Shown: positions 8,401-18,786 of the stretch, one piece after another | Layout: every line of letters starts with the position of its first letter | Numbering within the stretch: the stretch's first letter is position 1 | IMG/VR virus record: IMGVR_UViG_3300028423_000363 | Location: 1 to 62,770 of that record | Direction: 5' to 3' (one strand) | From: a virus | Lineage: Duplodnaviria > Caudoviricetes | Length of the DNA: 62,770 nucleotides | The notes under the pieces: model-generated | What the model was told of the DNA's origin: nothing | What the model saw: only the letters and a program-made list of their open reading frames with translations | The model's database searches: none | Program-made: the position numbers and the translations under genes

Positions 8401-11083
8401 AAGAGTTGATAGCTGTCTTTGCGGATTTTTTAACTTCTTTTATTCTTTTAGATTTATCTTTAGGTTTAACCTCTTTGAAATCTTCAGGTTTGGCGTCTGG
8501 AGTTACTTTTTTTGAATTATCAATATCAGACTCTTCTATAATGTTAGCCTCATTAGGTATAACATCTTTTGACACTACTTTTTTATTGTCATTTTTAATT
8601 TCTAAAAAAACAGACTCTCCTTCACCTATATCCCTTCTAGCATAAGTAACATTTTCTTTTGTTTCTGATTCTTCTAAAACAACTTCATCTTCAACTATTT
8701 CTTGAGGTGCTTTATCTCTATCTTTAAGAGTTTTTAGTATTTCGTCTTTTTCTTTTATATCCTCTTCGGCTAATTTCTTTAAATCACTTAACTGCTTTTT
8801 CTTAACTTTAATATCTACCTCTGTATTTTCTCTTATTTCTTTAGCTTCTTTTCTATATGAAGATATATTCTTGTCTAAGACCTTTAAAGTTTCAAACTCG
8901 TCTTTAGTCGCTTTTTTTATATTTTGAGCATTAGAAAGTATAATATCTCTATTCTTAGTAGTTAAATCTATTATCTCGCTTTTATAAGCATCCATAGACT
9001 CTTCGCTTAAACCTCCTTTGGCTAATTCAGCTTCTACCTCTAACACACGCTCTGCATTCTTTTTTAAAGCTCTTTTTTCTTTGATAGTTGATATCGACCT
9101 TCCTGCCATACCTGTAACAGCTCCGAAGCCTGGAAGTAAAAAACCAACTAATCCTCCTGCCACTAAAGGGTCTGTAACATTGTCAAAAATATTTACATTT
9201 TCTTTTCTAAGTATTACAGCGTCATTAAAGTTTTCTAGCATTTGAACACCTCCTTCTTCTATAGACTCACTTGCGGCAGGCATCAGGTATTTTTTAGCTC
9301 CTTTTACCGTACTTCTCACAGCTTTATCTCTTACTGATTTAGGTGCTGATTTATAAACTCTAGAGAAACCTCTAAGTCTAGAAACAGTAGGTAGAAAACC
9401 TAAACCTGCTTCAGTTACACCTGTCATTAATGATGATGTTATTATCTGAGCTTTGTTGTACTCAACTCCTTGCTCTATCTCTTGCTGTATTTGTCTATAT
9501 TTGTTTCCTGTTGTAGAACCTCCTATTATAGTAGCACCAATTAAGGGGTTTGATGTAGCTGCTGCAACATAAGGTAGCGTTTCTCCTGTTGTTGTTAAAG
9601 TATAAGTAAGATAATCGTCAAAAGAATCAGCGTCTGTTATACTAAAATCTTTCTGAACTTCACCTCTTAAATCCTCAGACCATTCATTTAATTTATCTGA
9701 AAATTTCTGAGTAGCCCAAGCTCTAAATTTAACAACATTACCAACTAAAGGTACATCCTCCGTTATACTTCCTAATATTTCTTTATCATACATTACTTGC
9801 AGGTCTGCTAACCCACCTATTATATTCAGTCCTGCGGCTGTTGTTTTAGCTCCTGCTGTGGCAAACATATTATAAGACCTATTAAATAAGTCCATTTCCT
9901 CTGATAAAGTACCTATTTCTGCGTCTGTATTCTTTATTTTTTCCTGAATACTTTTAAGATCTTCTTGATACTCGTTAGAGGCTTGTATTTTAACGTCTCC
10001 TTCGTTTATAGAGAATAACACTCCTTCTTCTTTAGCATCGTTTAAAACGCCTGTAATTTGATTTGTTAGTTCTTCGTATTCTTTCTTTAAAGATAACCTT
10101 TGTTCTTCAGTAGAAGCCCACTCTTCATCAATAAAAGTCATAGACTCTATTTCTTTCTTTCTGTCAACTAAAGGCTTTACCTCTGTGAAATATGTATTGG
10201 CTTTTTCTTTAAACTCGTTTTGAAGTAAATTAGCAGACTCCACAGACTTAGATAACTCTTCATTTTTAGCTATTATACTGTTTTCTGAAAAATCAAATAA
10301 GTTTTCTCTATCCTCTACAGGTAACTCGTTAAGGAAGTTTCTTTGTTTTTTTTCAACTAACCCTTTCTTGAGTTTTTCTTTTTTTATCTCTATAGCTCTT
10401 TGACGAAGAATTTTATTATAGTCTTCAGGTTTGCTACCTTTAAGCTTTTCACGAAGTTCACTTTCAGCTTGGTCTAATTCCTCACTGATGTAATTGTAAG
10501 CATTTGTATCTCTTGGTAATAAATCTAAATCACCTGTTAAACCTCCTGTGCCTGCAACTGGGTCACTATTAAAGAAGTTCATAAAGCTATCAGCAACAGT
10601 GTTATAAGCTAAACCTATCTTATCAAAAGTATCAGGCTCTAACTCTTTAGCTATAGTTTCTTCTATAGTTTTTAAATCTTCATCTGTTACTTTAGTTGAC
10701 TCTTTCCAATTCCTGTAATTTCTTACCGTAGATGAATCCAAAGGTTGAGTAACGTCGTTTGTCGTTTTCAAATCTTCGGAATCCAAAGAAACAGTATTTA
10801 TTTTCGGAGGTGTACTCGAATCCTTTTCTGTTTGTTGAGTAGATAAGTCTGAATCGTCTTTTTTTTTTACATCGCTAACATCCCCAAAATATGCTTCTTT
10901 AAACTGATTAGGCGTAAGCGTTGTCATCTCGTTATTATTGAGATATGTAAAAAGCTCATTAAAGTTATCATCTTTAAGACCATACTCTCTGCTAAACTGG
11001 TCAAAAGACAAGTCAGTCATTTTATTTTGAGATAGGTAATCGTATAACTCTTTTCTTTTTATAGGATTATTTTGCTTAGCCAT
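5411..11083 (-). CDS. Very large internal virion (ejection) protein
   Basis: About 1890 aa (likely start MAKQNN at 11083). Helical and charged, with a Gly/Ala-rich hydrophobic middle. Last gene of a podovirus-type virion operon. Confidence 0.65.
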   Translation of the reverse strand: MAKQNNPIKRKELYDYLSQNKMTDLSFDQFSREYGLKDDNFNELFTYLNNNEMTTLTPNQFKEAYFGDVSDVKKKDDSDLSTQQTEKDSSTPPKINTVSLDSEDLKTTNDVTQPLDSSTVRNYRNWKESTKVTDEDLKTIEETIAKELEPDTFDKIGLAYNTVADSFMNFFNSDPVAGTGGLTGDLDLLPRDTNAYNYISEELDQAESELREKLKGSKPEDYNKILRQRAIEIKKEKLKKGLVEKKQRNFLNELPVEDRENLFDFSENSIIAKNEELSKSVESANLLQNEFKEKANTYFTEVKPLVDRKKEIESMTFIDEEWASTEEQRLSLKKEYEELTNQITGVLNDAKEEGVLFSINEGDVKIQASNEYQEDLKSIQEKIKNTDAEIGTLSEEMDLFNRSYNMFATAGAKTTAAGLNIIGGLADLQVMYDKEILGSITEDVPLVGNVVKFRAWATQKFSDKLNEWSEDLRGEVQKDFSITDADSFDDYLTYTLTTTGETLPYVAAATSNPLIGATIIGGSTTGNKYRQIQQEIEQGVEYNKAQIITSSLMTGVTEAGLGFLPTVSRLRGFSRVYKSAPKSVRDKAVRSTVKGAKKYLMPAASESIEEGGVQMLENFNDAVILRKENVNIFDNVTDPLVAGGLVGFLLPGFGAVTGMAGRSISTIKEKRALKKNAERVLEVEAELAKGGLSEESMDAYKSEIIDLTTKNRDIILSNAQNIKKATKDEFETLKVLDKNISSYRKEAKEIRENTEVDIKVKKKQLSDLKKLAEEDIKEKDEILKTLKDRDKAPQEIVEDEVVLEESETKENVTYARRDIGEGESVFLEIKNDNKKVVSKDVIPNEANIIEESDIDNSKKVTPDAKPEDFKEVKPKDKSKRIKEVKKSAKTAINSYKKNRGGKYIPQNGELVRSLQINPELLSENDLLEFEEYVNNVKGNRFNPIKSKPTTRKFAKIFNNQPSVEKEVSTKEDKKEVDAGLLSEFESKKKTSIENVAKDKITDFAFIKSITKDELKGFTNTDLEVLNNNIDIISEGGAITPRVRSIMNSVKADRNNKGIQQELDGVKYRNLLRDSYDAAVNSIKNDAENRMFRYAERNQLRDLDNILKGKKSGKLYKYMGMESVAKGFGSYSINKQKGEGVAALDIFNVKREKVLKVNLQASRSRVNKMKFNAKIYLIQLQKFYEINKNIDTKKRIRPEEYIKASEVYAKSNRDDRYRENLTYVQDIYRELPKKNDGSIDVEASIKSLKKDEKQVFDIIENFNNNKGKQMSIDVATMEGKTPEIFDYYVPLNVRTKEKVDLSSIIKEADSFLEGGAYFSELGSLIERTAGVNPLDFNYVENFSRNVDKIYRSYHMLPAIKEFNSTMNRALNNENIDENGRVFIEASKELFTKVFRNEFASSYYTSNSFAEKFAKRINEIGYYNQLADPMRAGVELTSNLSFAIINNPKELAYGLKNRTSKGARDSYEDLEFIARIGNSAQSSRIFVASTSLYKEVEAGELTSSKKEPGIGRLIKSVNSILLEAPDRAVAIPLWEGSFKTRFKELTGKALDVNRMKEDNIYYDSVIEPLNESVRYADEVLSQGFSSLNPFESTPFSQLNPEERANILKMFNKYMTRFQMAEFSSIVKSVDALAGKRGDMSRGRGARLLGATLFRMSAYNFGMQFAYGTVLDTIMGVFGLESEYDEEEDKEFGKMLYNEGMSLAANVFVMRRLGNLQKVLASTGIESLNVGFGVDVGLRDDNSYNFRDSLTYSIIPRDENGDLILSSYSILKSSTKLLGAYSSFANSSIGLIENASKTGEIPGVKSAKKFETRRKAKEKMPEFLTKFLLSTIRIPAPRLIRKALNYQQARSAANSSKRAESIKDIIKSVEQNTGKDINSDLFRSEDELNDIFK

Positions 11084-12680
11084 TAAATTTAATTTTAGTT
11101 GATTTATTTTCAGACTCTGCTCTTTCAAACACATCTTCAGTTATACCTGCTCTATTGAATAATACTTGTTTTTCAGTTTCAGGTAAGACAAAAGATATAT
11201 CTTTTCTTTGCTCTGGAAGTCTTATACTTTGTTTTACAGTTTCTTGCGTTATTGTTTGGTCTTGACTAGATAAATCAGTTTCTAACATAATATCTTCAAT
11301 AACATCATCAACTTTATCTTCGCTTGCACTTTTTATTCTGTTCTTCTGTTCTTCAGAAAGCGCATTGTTTATTTTAGTAACAATCCTTTGAGGTGTCTTA
11401 GATACTGTTGTTCCTTCTGTTTCAAGAGAAGAACCTCTAACAACTATAACCCCATTAGGTAGCTTAGATACGCCTTTTAATGTGAAATTACTGAAAGTTT
11501 TAGGAGAACCTTTGGAAAAACCTTGTATGCTATCGAATTGAGGGTTATTTCTTGTTATAGGTATTTCAACTGCCCCTGCAAATTGAGCGTCTGTAACTTG
11601 AGTTCCTATATCAGAGCCTTCAGCTTCGTTTAAAGATACGATAGCATCTCTATATTGAGCGATATTAGCATTCTGAATATTACCTATTAAAGTCTCTGTT
11701 TCCCTTTGCTCATCCGCATATTTACGACCTGCTAAAGCATCGCTTCTTCCTAACTTCTCTTTTGCACTTTTCTTAGTTCTAGCTTCGACTTCTCTTACCA
11801 TTTTATCTTGAAGCTCGTTAGACAGCCTTTGAACTTCATCTTCGCTAAAATTATACTTACCTCTCTCTCCTGTTAACTGAAACCATAAATCATTTTGAAG
11901 TTTAGGATTTAAAGCAATAGACCTCGCTTTCTCTCTTATTAACTCTTTTTGATTATTGTCTAAGCCTTCTTGAGTGAAAGTCATGTAATAGTTCTTCTTG
12001 TCATTACGGTCTACACCTTCAAAAACGTCTATTCTTGATATAAACTCTTCGGCTAAACCTTTTGCTTCTCCTTGTAAATCGTAAGCTCTCGGAGCGTTAT
12101 TAATAGTATCTACTACTGATTTAAGGTACATTTTCTTATTTACACCTTTTTCAGAGTACATAGGATTACCATTTTCGTCTAATTCTACTTCTTCAATCTT
12201 ACCGTCAACTATATTAGTAACAAGACCTTGTTCTCCTATCCAATCATCGCCTAAACCTCTAGATATTTTACCTTCGGAATAGTCTGTAATAAAAGAATCT
12301 ACCGTAGGAGTTAATGTTTTTCTTAGGTCTGTGTATTCAGAAAGTTTTTTGTTATAGTTTGAAGCCATAGCACGACCTTCTGATATAGATATTTCGCCTG
12401 ACTGAACCTTCTTTTGAATATCATACTGCATATCTCTCATCTGAGAAACAATACTGTAATCTATTTCGTCAAAGGTTTTCTGACCTGTTCCTGCAACTGT
12501 AGGGTCTGCAAGTATATCTTTAATGCCTATCTTAGCTTTTTCTACTTGTTTTTTTCTTTCAAAGTCTTTCTCTTGAATATCTGATAAGTCTTCGAAACCA
12601 CCTTTAACCATACCTGCGACGTCTATAACGCCTGTGTTTGGTTGTACTGTTGCGAAAGAACCTTTATTACCTACTGCCAT
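11076..12680 (-). CDS. Putative internal virion (ejection) protein
   Basis: 534 aa, between the small and the giant ejection-protein candidates. Confidence 0.55.
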   Translation of the reverse strand: MAVGNKGSFATVQPNTGVIDVAGMVKGGFEDLSDIQEKDFERKKQVEKAKIGIKDILADPTVAGTGQKTFDEIDYSIVSQMRDMQYDIQKKVQSGEISISEGRAMASNYNKKLSEYTDLRKTLTPTVDSFITDYSEGKISRGLGDDWIGEQGLVTNIVDGKIEEVELDENGNPMYSEKGVNKKMYLKSVVDTINNAPRAYDLQGEAKGLAEEFISRIDVFEGVDRNDKKNYYMTFTQEGLDNNQKELIREKARSIALNPKLQNDLWFQLTGERGKYNFSEDEVQRLSNELQDKMVREVEARTKKSAKEKLGRSDALAGRKYADEQRETETLIGNIQNANIAQYRDAIVSLNEAEGSDIGTQVTDAQFAGAVEIPITRNNPQFDSIQGFSKGSPKTFSNFTLKGVSKLPNGVIVVRGSSLETEGTTVSKTPQRIVTKINNALSEEQKNRIKSASEDKVDDVIEDIMLETDLSSQDQTITQETVKQSIRLPEQRKDISFVLPETEKQVLFNRAGITEDVFERAESENKSTKIKFNG

Positions 12681-12692
12681 TTTTATTATTTA

Positions 12693-13238
12693 TTAACCGT
12701 ACATAGATGTTAAGAAATCTTGCTGAGATTCTTCTTCAGCTAACATTCCTGCAACGCCTATACCTGTTTGACCTAAACCTGCAACACCACTAGAAATTAA
12801 ATTACTTCCTTGTTGGTATTGAGAAGATAAAGCACTTATATCTTGCATTTCTCTCTGCTCTTGCATAGCTCTAATTCTCTGCTCGTCTTGTGCTCTTATT
12901 TGGTCAATACGTTGTTGTTGTTGCTCTAAGTTTTGAGTGATGCCAATGTTCTGTTGCTGTTGTGCTTGTCGTAATCTACCCATACCACCTATAACTCCTC
13001 TAGCACCACTTCTTGACAAAGCGTCAACACCTGAAGAACCTAGTCTAGCACTTTCTTGAAGTTGCATTTCAGTACCTCTAGTATAAACTGATAGATTGTC
13101 CGCAACATTAGAGAACTCTTGTCTTTGATAATTTTCTAAAGCCTGTTCTGCTTCTCTTTTTTGTTTAGCTCCTTGAAATAACTGAACTCCTGATGTAGCC
13201 AATCCTACTCCTGCTGTTATAGCTGTTGCTGCTGCCAT
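12693..13238 (-). CDS. Small ejection/internal virion protein
   Basis: Ala/Gly-rich hydrophobic N-terminus, Gln-rich coiled coil and Gly-rich C-terminus, typical of T7 gp14/P22 gp7-like proteins. Confidence 0.6.
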   Translation of the reverse strand: MAAATAITAGVGLATSGVQLFQGAKQKREAEQALENYQRQEFSNVADNLSVYTRGTEMQLQESARLGSSGVDALSRSGARGVIGGMGRLRQAQQQQNIGITQNLEQQQQRIDQIRAQDEQRIRAMQEQREMQDISALSSQYQQGSNLISSGVAGLGQTGIGVAGMLAEEESQQDFLTSMYG

Positions 13239-13642
13239 TATTCTATAATTTTTATTAATTCATTAGAACCTTGAGTTCCTAATTTATAACCTGACTTTAA
13301 GTATTTCTTTTCTAAGTTACTGTTTTTAACATAAGTAAATAAACATCTAACTCCGTTATTTTTAGCTTCATCAGTAATCTCATTAATCAAGAAAACCAAA
13401 GCATCTTCTCTTAACTTTCTATCTTTAACATTAGGATTGCTTACTACAAACTCACATAATGCAAAACCACTATTCGTGAAGTATAAAAACCCTGCTGCTA
13501 TATCAACACCATTTTCCTCAACCATAAAACCTCCTAAGCCATTGTTAGGTAGTAAAGATTTATCTATAACAGGAAATCTCCACCATTTCCACCAATCAAC
13601 TAAGGTTTCGTAATCACTTTCTTTAAGAACTCTTGATGTCAT
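13238..13642 (-). CDS. GNAT-fold acetyltransferase-like virion assembly protein
   Basis: AAGFLYFTNS...EFVVSNP...YLKSGY; position before the ejection proteins, as for T7 gp13/P22 gp14. Confidence 0.65.
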   Translation of the reverse strand: MTSRVLKESDYETLVDWWKWWRFPVIDKSLLPNNGLGGFMVEENGVDIAAGFLYFTNSGFALCEFVVSNPNVKDRKLREDALVFLINEITDEAKNNGVRCLFTYVKNSNLEKKYLKSGYKLGTQGSNELIKIIE

Positions 13643-13660
13643 ATATACAAAGATACAAAA

Positions 13661-16600
13661 TTAAGTCTTAGGTGTGCTTAAAAACACTTCAGAACTAACA
13701 CTAAATAACTCTGTCTTGTTTTCTGTGTCTAATTCTGCCGATACTTCTAAATGATTACCGACTAAACCGCTTGTTTCTATAGATTGTGGTTTAAACGCTA
13801 ACACAAAGTCTCCGTCAGATAAATTAGTTATCCCTGAAGGGTCTAAAGTTCCCGAAACTGTAATCACATTGTCACTACTTATGTTTACTATTTGCCCTAC
13901 AACATCTAATTGGTCGTTGGCAATATAATCTCCTACAGAAACTTCTTCGTTTATCGGTTGGTCGAAAAATATATCAAAATCTACAACCCTATTATTAAGA
14001 CCTATCCCTTGAACGTGTAAAGATTCTGTGTTGATACTCTTAACATCTCTGTTACCTCTTATGAAAGCTCTATATATACCTTCTTCTTTGTCAAAGTCGT
14101 TAATATCAACGTGACCTTGAAATACACCGTCTACTGCTGTCGAAGATAAATTAGTTTTTAAATCTATCTTCCATTTGTCGCTTCCGTCTAATTCTATAGT
14201 CTTAAAGTTTTTCCTGTTGTTAGGAGTATTGTTAAGTGCTATAGTGAATTTAGAAGGCTCCTTAACGCTATAAAAAGTGTTATAAATACCAATATCTCTT
14301 GCATTGTGTCTGAATATGTTTCCGTCTTTAAAGGTATAAAAATTTCCGTTAATAGCAACCATATCTTCAGGATTGAATCTTTGATTACTAACCCAACCAC
14401 CTCCGTCCTGATTAATAGATTCTTTCCAAAACCAAGTTTCGTATTTTCCTTCGTCTAACTTTAAGTTAAGAACGTAAGTATTATAGAAATCATCGTAAGA
14501 GCCTGTAATTTGACCTACTTCCTTTTCATTAAATAGATTTCTAAAGTAACTTCTAAGACCTCTTGATGATATTTCGAAAACACCATTATTAGAAAGCCTA
14601 CATACAACACCTCTTTTTCTATCTGTAAAATACATTAAAGTACCATATTGAGCAAAGCTTTCACTGTCTTTAGATATGCCGTATTCTCCACTATAAGTTC
14701 TTTGATTACCTAAAACATTAACAATTCGTGATACGTTAGCAGTGCCATCAGCGTTGAATAATTCAGCCTCTCCTAAACCTATAAAGCTAACTTTATCTTC
14801 TTGAAATAGAACTAAATTAGTATCCCTGTTATAAAGCCTATATATACCTCCGTATCTTTTATCTATATCGTCTTTAAAGTTTGCTGTAGATAAGTTAAAT
14901 TCATTAAGTGCATTTACACCTGTGTTATCGTTAAACACCCCTGAATAGGTTATGTCTGCAAATCTTGTTAGTTTTTGATACTCGTCTGCACTTGTTGTAG
15001 TCGGTGTCGAAGAAACATCTAAGAAATTAGCGTTAAACTTATCTTTATACTGATAGCTTTCTGCACCATTACCCTGTGAGTAGCAGTTAAAATATCTACT
15101 GAGTAAATGTTCTGTTTGTTCGTATTCTCCGTTAACTATATCGTAAGTCTCAGGTGTTTCGAAAAATATATTATCACTAACAGGTTTTTCTTTTGTTTCA
15201 AAGACATAGTAGCCATCAACTACTCTAATATTTATTTTTATATCTAATTTACCTCTATTAAGATTATTTCCTGATTCACTACCCTTAATAACCATAACAT
15301 AAGGCTTTGTGTTATCAAGTCTTACTTTATGTATTGTAAAAGGATTGTCATCAAAATTATTATCTCCAACAAGCAAAGAATTTCCCAATTCATCAATTAA
15401 ATAACTTCCTCCAGTATCTGATTCTAGCACTACTTCCCCTCTAACTACCCAATATGGTATATAATCAGCATCATCATTTTCAGTTTCAAAAAAACCTGTT
15501 GGATATGGTGTTTCGGGTGTATCTGGAAATTGACTTGGGTCAGGTGCATTGTTAGGAACATATGTATTTATTCCTGTTATGAAATCATGGATATTAGCGT
15601 AATTAGCATTAGATACAAATGTTTTTTTGACTAAAGACTGGTCATCATCATTTCGAGATAGTATTTTAATTATATCGAATATCGTGCCTTGATTAAATGG
15701 TAAATCTTCAAATATAGTATTCCCTCCTGCGTCTGTCGTTTCTATTTTAAAATTATCTAAAATAGTATAAGGTCTTTCTGATCTAACATTAGATGCTTGC
15801 CCGTCTGCTCTATCTATATTAATAAATTCACTCTCATCGTAATCTAATGAAAATCCTTCTGGTCGTATCTTTATGTATTGCCCTTGTTCTTCTTCTAATA
15901 ATACACCTGTACCTTCAACTGTATTGTTAGGTATAAAATCCCTGTCTTGGTCAACTATATCTAAAACCTTAACTGTGCCTAACGTATTTTGTATTTCAGT
16001 AGAGTCTTTTTTAACTATTATCTCATCACCTACATTAACCTTATTAACATCTCCGCCCTCTAATTTAATCCATCTAAAACCTCCATCTATGTAAAATCTA
16101 TTAGAGTAAAACGTTTCCCATAAACCTACTTTCTTAACTGCAAACTTGTACCTGTCAGCCCACTCAGGTACTTTCTGAGTTTGAGGTATGGTTACTTTCA
16201 AAGTATTTTTCTTGTCAGATGCAGATATAGGTACGTGTACTGTGTTATCTATAGATGTTAAAGCTGTAGTCTTTCTTCCTTCTTTGTCTAAGAACAACAT
16301 AGCAACCTCGTAATCTCTATTGCTTTTCATAGATGCTGAAGACTCATTTGTAAACACATTAACTTGAGTGTTTTGCTCTTCAAATATATAAGATATACCA
16401 CCTCCATTAGTTAAAATAAACTTAACTCTAGGCAATGATATTCTTAGTGTGTTTTCATCAGGAGAAGCTACATTAAAGTTACTAGCGTTAAAACTAATAC
16501 TGTCTGTATTTAAAGGTTCACTAAAACCATTATCATTAAAAAAACTTTCGAAAGCACTTAACGCATTTTGAAAATCTTGATTACTTGCTATTTGAAGGGA

Positions 16601-17914
16601 TTTATTTAACCCTTCTAAGTTAGGTAAGGTTATATTAGCAGACAATAAACCTTCAAAAGAGTCTTGGTCTGTTCTTTCTTGTAAGTCAAAACCTATATCT
16701 ATTCTACCTCCGTTAACAAAAGCATCATCAGGAATATTCGTAAGGTCTATATCGACAAAGCCAAAACCTGGTTCGTTAAAAGCAGAAGTAGGTATATTAA
16801 TTCTGTTAAACTCTTCACTAACAACATCTACTGTATATTCTAGCTTGACTTTATCTCCGTCTTCGTTAACTAAGTCTCTTTGTTCTTCGTAGTTAGCGTA
16901 AAACAATCGACCTCCTGCATATTCTTGAGCTATTGCTTTTAAAGGAACATTGTCGAAACTTCTAAAATATTCTGCTTCAGGTAAGACTCTAAAGTTTTTG
17001 TTATTCTTAAAAGTAAAGGTAGCTTCAGTATCATTACTTAAACCCTCGTCTTCTTTGTTTATATCTTCAATTATATACCAATTAGATGAATTACTCTCTT
17101 TAAATAACACCTGAATATCTGTTACTACTTCATTTCCTGTATTATAAGTTATATCACAAGCATTAAATATATTAACCATTCCTTCATTTTCGAAGGTGTC
17201 GAAGTTAATTTCAAATGCTTTAGGAGTAAACATTGATTCAGAAGAAGAAGATATAGCAGAATAATAACCATCTTTATACTTATATCTATAAGCAAATGTT
17301 ATAAACTTATCCTCTAAACTATCTCCTCCGTCATTTAATCTTAAAGGAGTTAAGTCAGGTGCTTTTCTAGGAGCAGGCTTTATAACATTAATATCATCTT
17401 CTAAAAAGTTTCCAGAAGTGTATGTTTTACATCTCTCTATGTTTATTATTCTAGGAGGGTTATCATCACCACAAAATGCTAATAAGTCGCTATCTCTCTC
17501 TAAATCTCCTGAATCAGACGCTTTGTTTATAACATTAGCGTGAGTTATCCTCTTGTCGAAGTTTAATATATTGTTAGCAGTGTCTTGTAAAACCTGAACT
17601 AAAGTATTAGTCTTAGAGTTAAACTCAACTATAGTGTCATAGTCATCTCCTTTAACAAAGTAATATACTAAGTTTTTAGAGTCATTAGCCACACTACCTA
17701 TAACTTCAGGATTAGTTATTTCGTTTTCGACAACTAGATTAATATCGCTTTCCTTTACATTCCCTAGTACATTTTCAAGTGTACCAGAGTCATCACCTTC
17801 CGAAACATTAGTAATAGCATTACTTATATCTCTTACAGAACCATTAGGAATTAATCTTTCGTCAGCGTCTTTATTAACACCGCCTCTTATAAAGTTATTG
17901 GTTATTTTAGCCAT
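13661..17914 (-). CDS. Tail nozzle / stabilisation protein (tail tubular B-like)
   Basis: 1417 aa, beta-rich. N-terminus NNFIRGGVNKDADERLIPNG; FAYRYKY, YFTDRKRGVVCRL and GEYGIS motifs. Confidence 0.75.
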   Translation of the reverse strand: MAKITNNFIRGGVNKDADERLIPNGSVRDISNAITNVSEGDDSGTLENVLGNVKESDINLVVENEITNPEVIGSVANDSKNLVYYFVKGDDYDTIVEFNSKTNTLVQVLQDTANNILNFDKRITHANVINKASDSGDLERDSDLLAFCGDDNPPRIINIERCKTYTSGNFLEDDINVIKPAPRKAPDLTPLRLNDGGDSLEDKFITFAYRYKYKDGYYSAISSSSESMFTPKAFEINFDTFENEGMVNIFNACDITYNTGNEVVTDIQVLFKESNSSNWYIIEDINKEDEGLSNDTEATFTFKNNKNFRVLPEAEYFRSFDNVPLKAIAQEYAGGRLFYANYEEQRDLVNEDGDKVKLEYTVDVVSEEFNRINIPTSAFNEPGFGFVDIDLTNIPDDAFVNGGRIDIGFDLQERTDQDSFEGLLSANITLPNLEGLNKSLQIASNQDFQNALSAFESFFNDNGFSEPLNTDSISFNASNFNVASPDENTLRISLPRVKFILTNGGGISYIFEEQNTQVNVFTNESSASMKSNRDYEVAMLFLDKEGRKTTALTSIDNTVHVPISASDKKNTLKVTIPQTQKVPEWADRYKFAVKKVGLWETFYSNRFYIDGGFRWIKLEGGDVNKVNVGDEIIVKKDSTEIQNTLGTVKVLDIVDQDRDFIPNNTVEGTGVLLEEEQGQYIKIRPEGFSLDYDESEFINIDRADGQASNVRSERPYTILDNFKIETTDAGGNTIFEDLPFNQGTIFDIIKILSRNDDDQSLVKKTFVSNANYANIHDFITGINTYVPNNAPDPSQFPDTPETPYPTGFFETENDDADYIPYWVVRGEVVLESDTGGSYLIDELGNSLLVGDNNFDDNPFTIHKVRLDNTKPYVMVIKGSESGNNLNRGKLDIKINIRVVDGYYVFETKEKPVSDNIFFETPETYDIVNGEYEQTEHLLSRYFNCYSQGNGAESYQYKDKFNANFLDVSSTPTTTSADEYQKLTRFADITYSGVFNDNTGVNALNEFNLSTANFKDDIDKRYGGIYRLYNRDTNLVLFQEDKVSFIGLGEAELFNADGTANVSRIVNVLGNQRTYSGEYGISKDSESFAQYGTLMYFTDRKRGVVCRLSNNGVFEISSRGLRSYFRNLFNEKEVGQITGSYDDFYNTYVLNLKLDEGKYETWFWKESINQDGGGWVSNQRFNPEDMVAINGNFYTFKDGNIFRHNARDIGIYNTFYSVKEPSKFTIALNNTPNNRKNFKTIELDGSDKWKIDLKTNLSSTAVDGVFQGHVDINDFDKEEGIYRAFIRGNRDVKSINTESLHVQGIGLNNRVVDFDIFFDQPINEEVSVGDYIANDQLDVVGQIVNISSDNVITVSGTLDPSGITNLSDGDFVLAFKPQSIETSGLVGNHLEVSAELDTENKTELFSVSSEVFLSTPKT

Positions 17915-18786
17915 TTACGTCTACCTTTAATTCTCTGAATAAATTGATGAGGTTTCAAGTTAGCTAATCTTATCTTAGCGTTTTGTCTCTCTTTTAAATA
18001 ATCTTTTTTAGCACGTCTTATTCTATACTCGGTAGTATCTATTCTGTTGTTAAGTATTTCGTACTTTATGAACGCATATAAAGCTCTCTCTGCGAACTTA
18101 TGTATTTTTACGTCTTTAGGGTCGGCATACTCTAAACCATCGCTTATATACTCTAATACTATTGTCTTCTTAGGTAAATCAGAGCTAAATCTCATCACTT
18201 TTTTTGAAACAGAAAAAGTACCATTAGTGTTTGCTCTCGAAGTGTCTAAGCCATATTGAGCAGAAGGTCTTTCTCCGAAACCATTAAATTCACTAGGCTC
18301 TCCTGATATATTGTAAGCATTAACGTATTGTTGAGATAGGTTTTCTTGATTTTCAGTAACACTAGAAGTTCCCTCTAAAGGAAAACCATCGTTGTCGAAG
18401 AGTACATTATACTTGTTATCTTGTAAGTATGCATTTATAATACCTGTATCTCTGCTTTCTAAGATAGGTCTTAAATTACCGACATCATCAACCCAACTTA
18501 CTCTAGCGTAATTCACATAATCGTGAGGTAATATTATCTCTAAGTTATCCCCTAAATCTAATTCAACTTTTTTGATCTCTTTCAAGGCATCGTAATTAAG
18601 CTCCTTTAAACCTCTTTTAGCTTCAAACAAAACACGATGTCTAGCAACATTGTTTATCTCTTCATTATCTCCGACATATCTAACCATAAAGGAGTTAATT
18701 ATATCTTTTAAAGTAATATATTGATATCCTCCGTGAAGGTCAGAGTCGTTGTAGTATTCTTCGGGTGTTTGTTCTAAACCTGCCAT
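17902..18786 (-). CDS. Head-tail adaptor/ring structural protein
   Basis: AKRGLKELNYD...LPHDYVNY motif; located between capsid and nozzle genes. Confidence 0.6.
   Translation of the reverse strand: MAGLEQTPEEYYNDSDLHGGYQYITLKDIINSFMVRYVGDNEEINNVARHRVLFEAKRGLKELNYDALKEIKKVELDLGDNLEIILPHDYVNYARVSWVDDVGNLRPILESRDTGIINAYLQDNKYNVLFDNDGFPLEGTSSVTENQENLSQQYVNAYNISGEPSEFNGFGERPSAQYGLDTSRANTNGTFSVSKKVMRFSSDLPKKTIVLEYISDGLEYADPKDVKIHKFAERALYAFIKYEILNNRIDTTEYRIRRAKKDYLKERQNAKIRLANLKPHQFIQRIKGRRKWLK

Noticed and set aside
5411-11083. Virion RNA polymerase (crAss/N4-like) in the giant ORF
   Set aside because: No DxDxD-type or T7-type polymerase motifs were recognised, and late genes carry host-type promoters.
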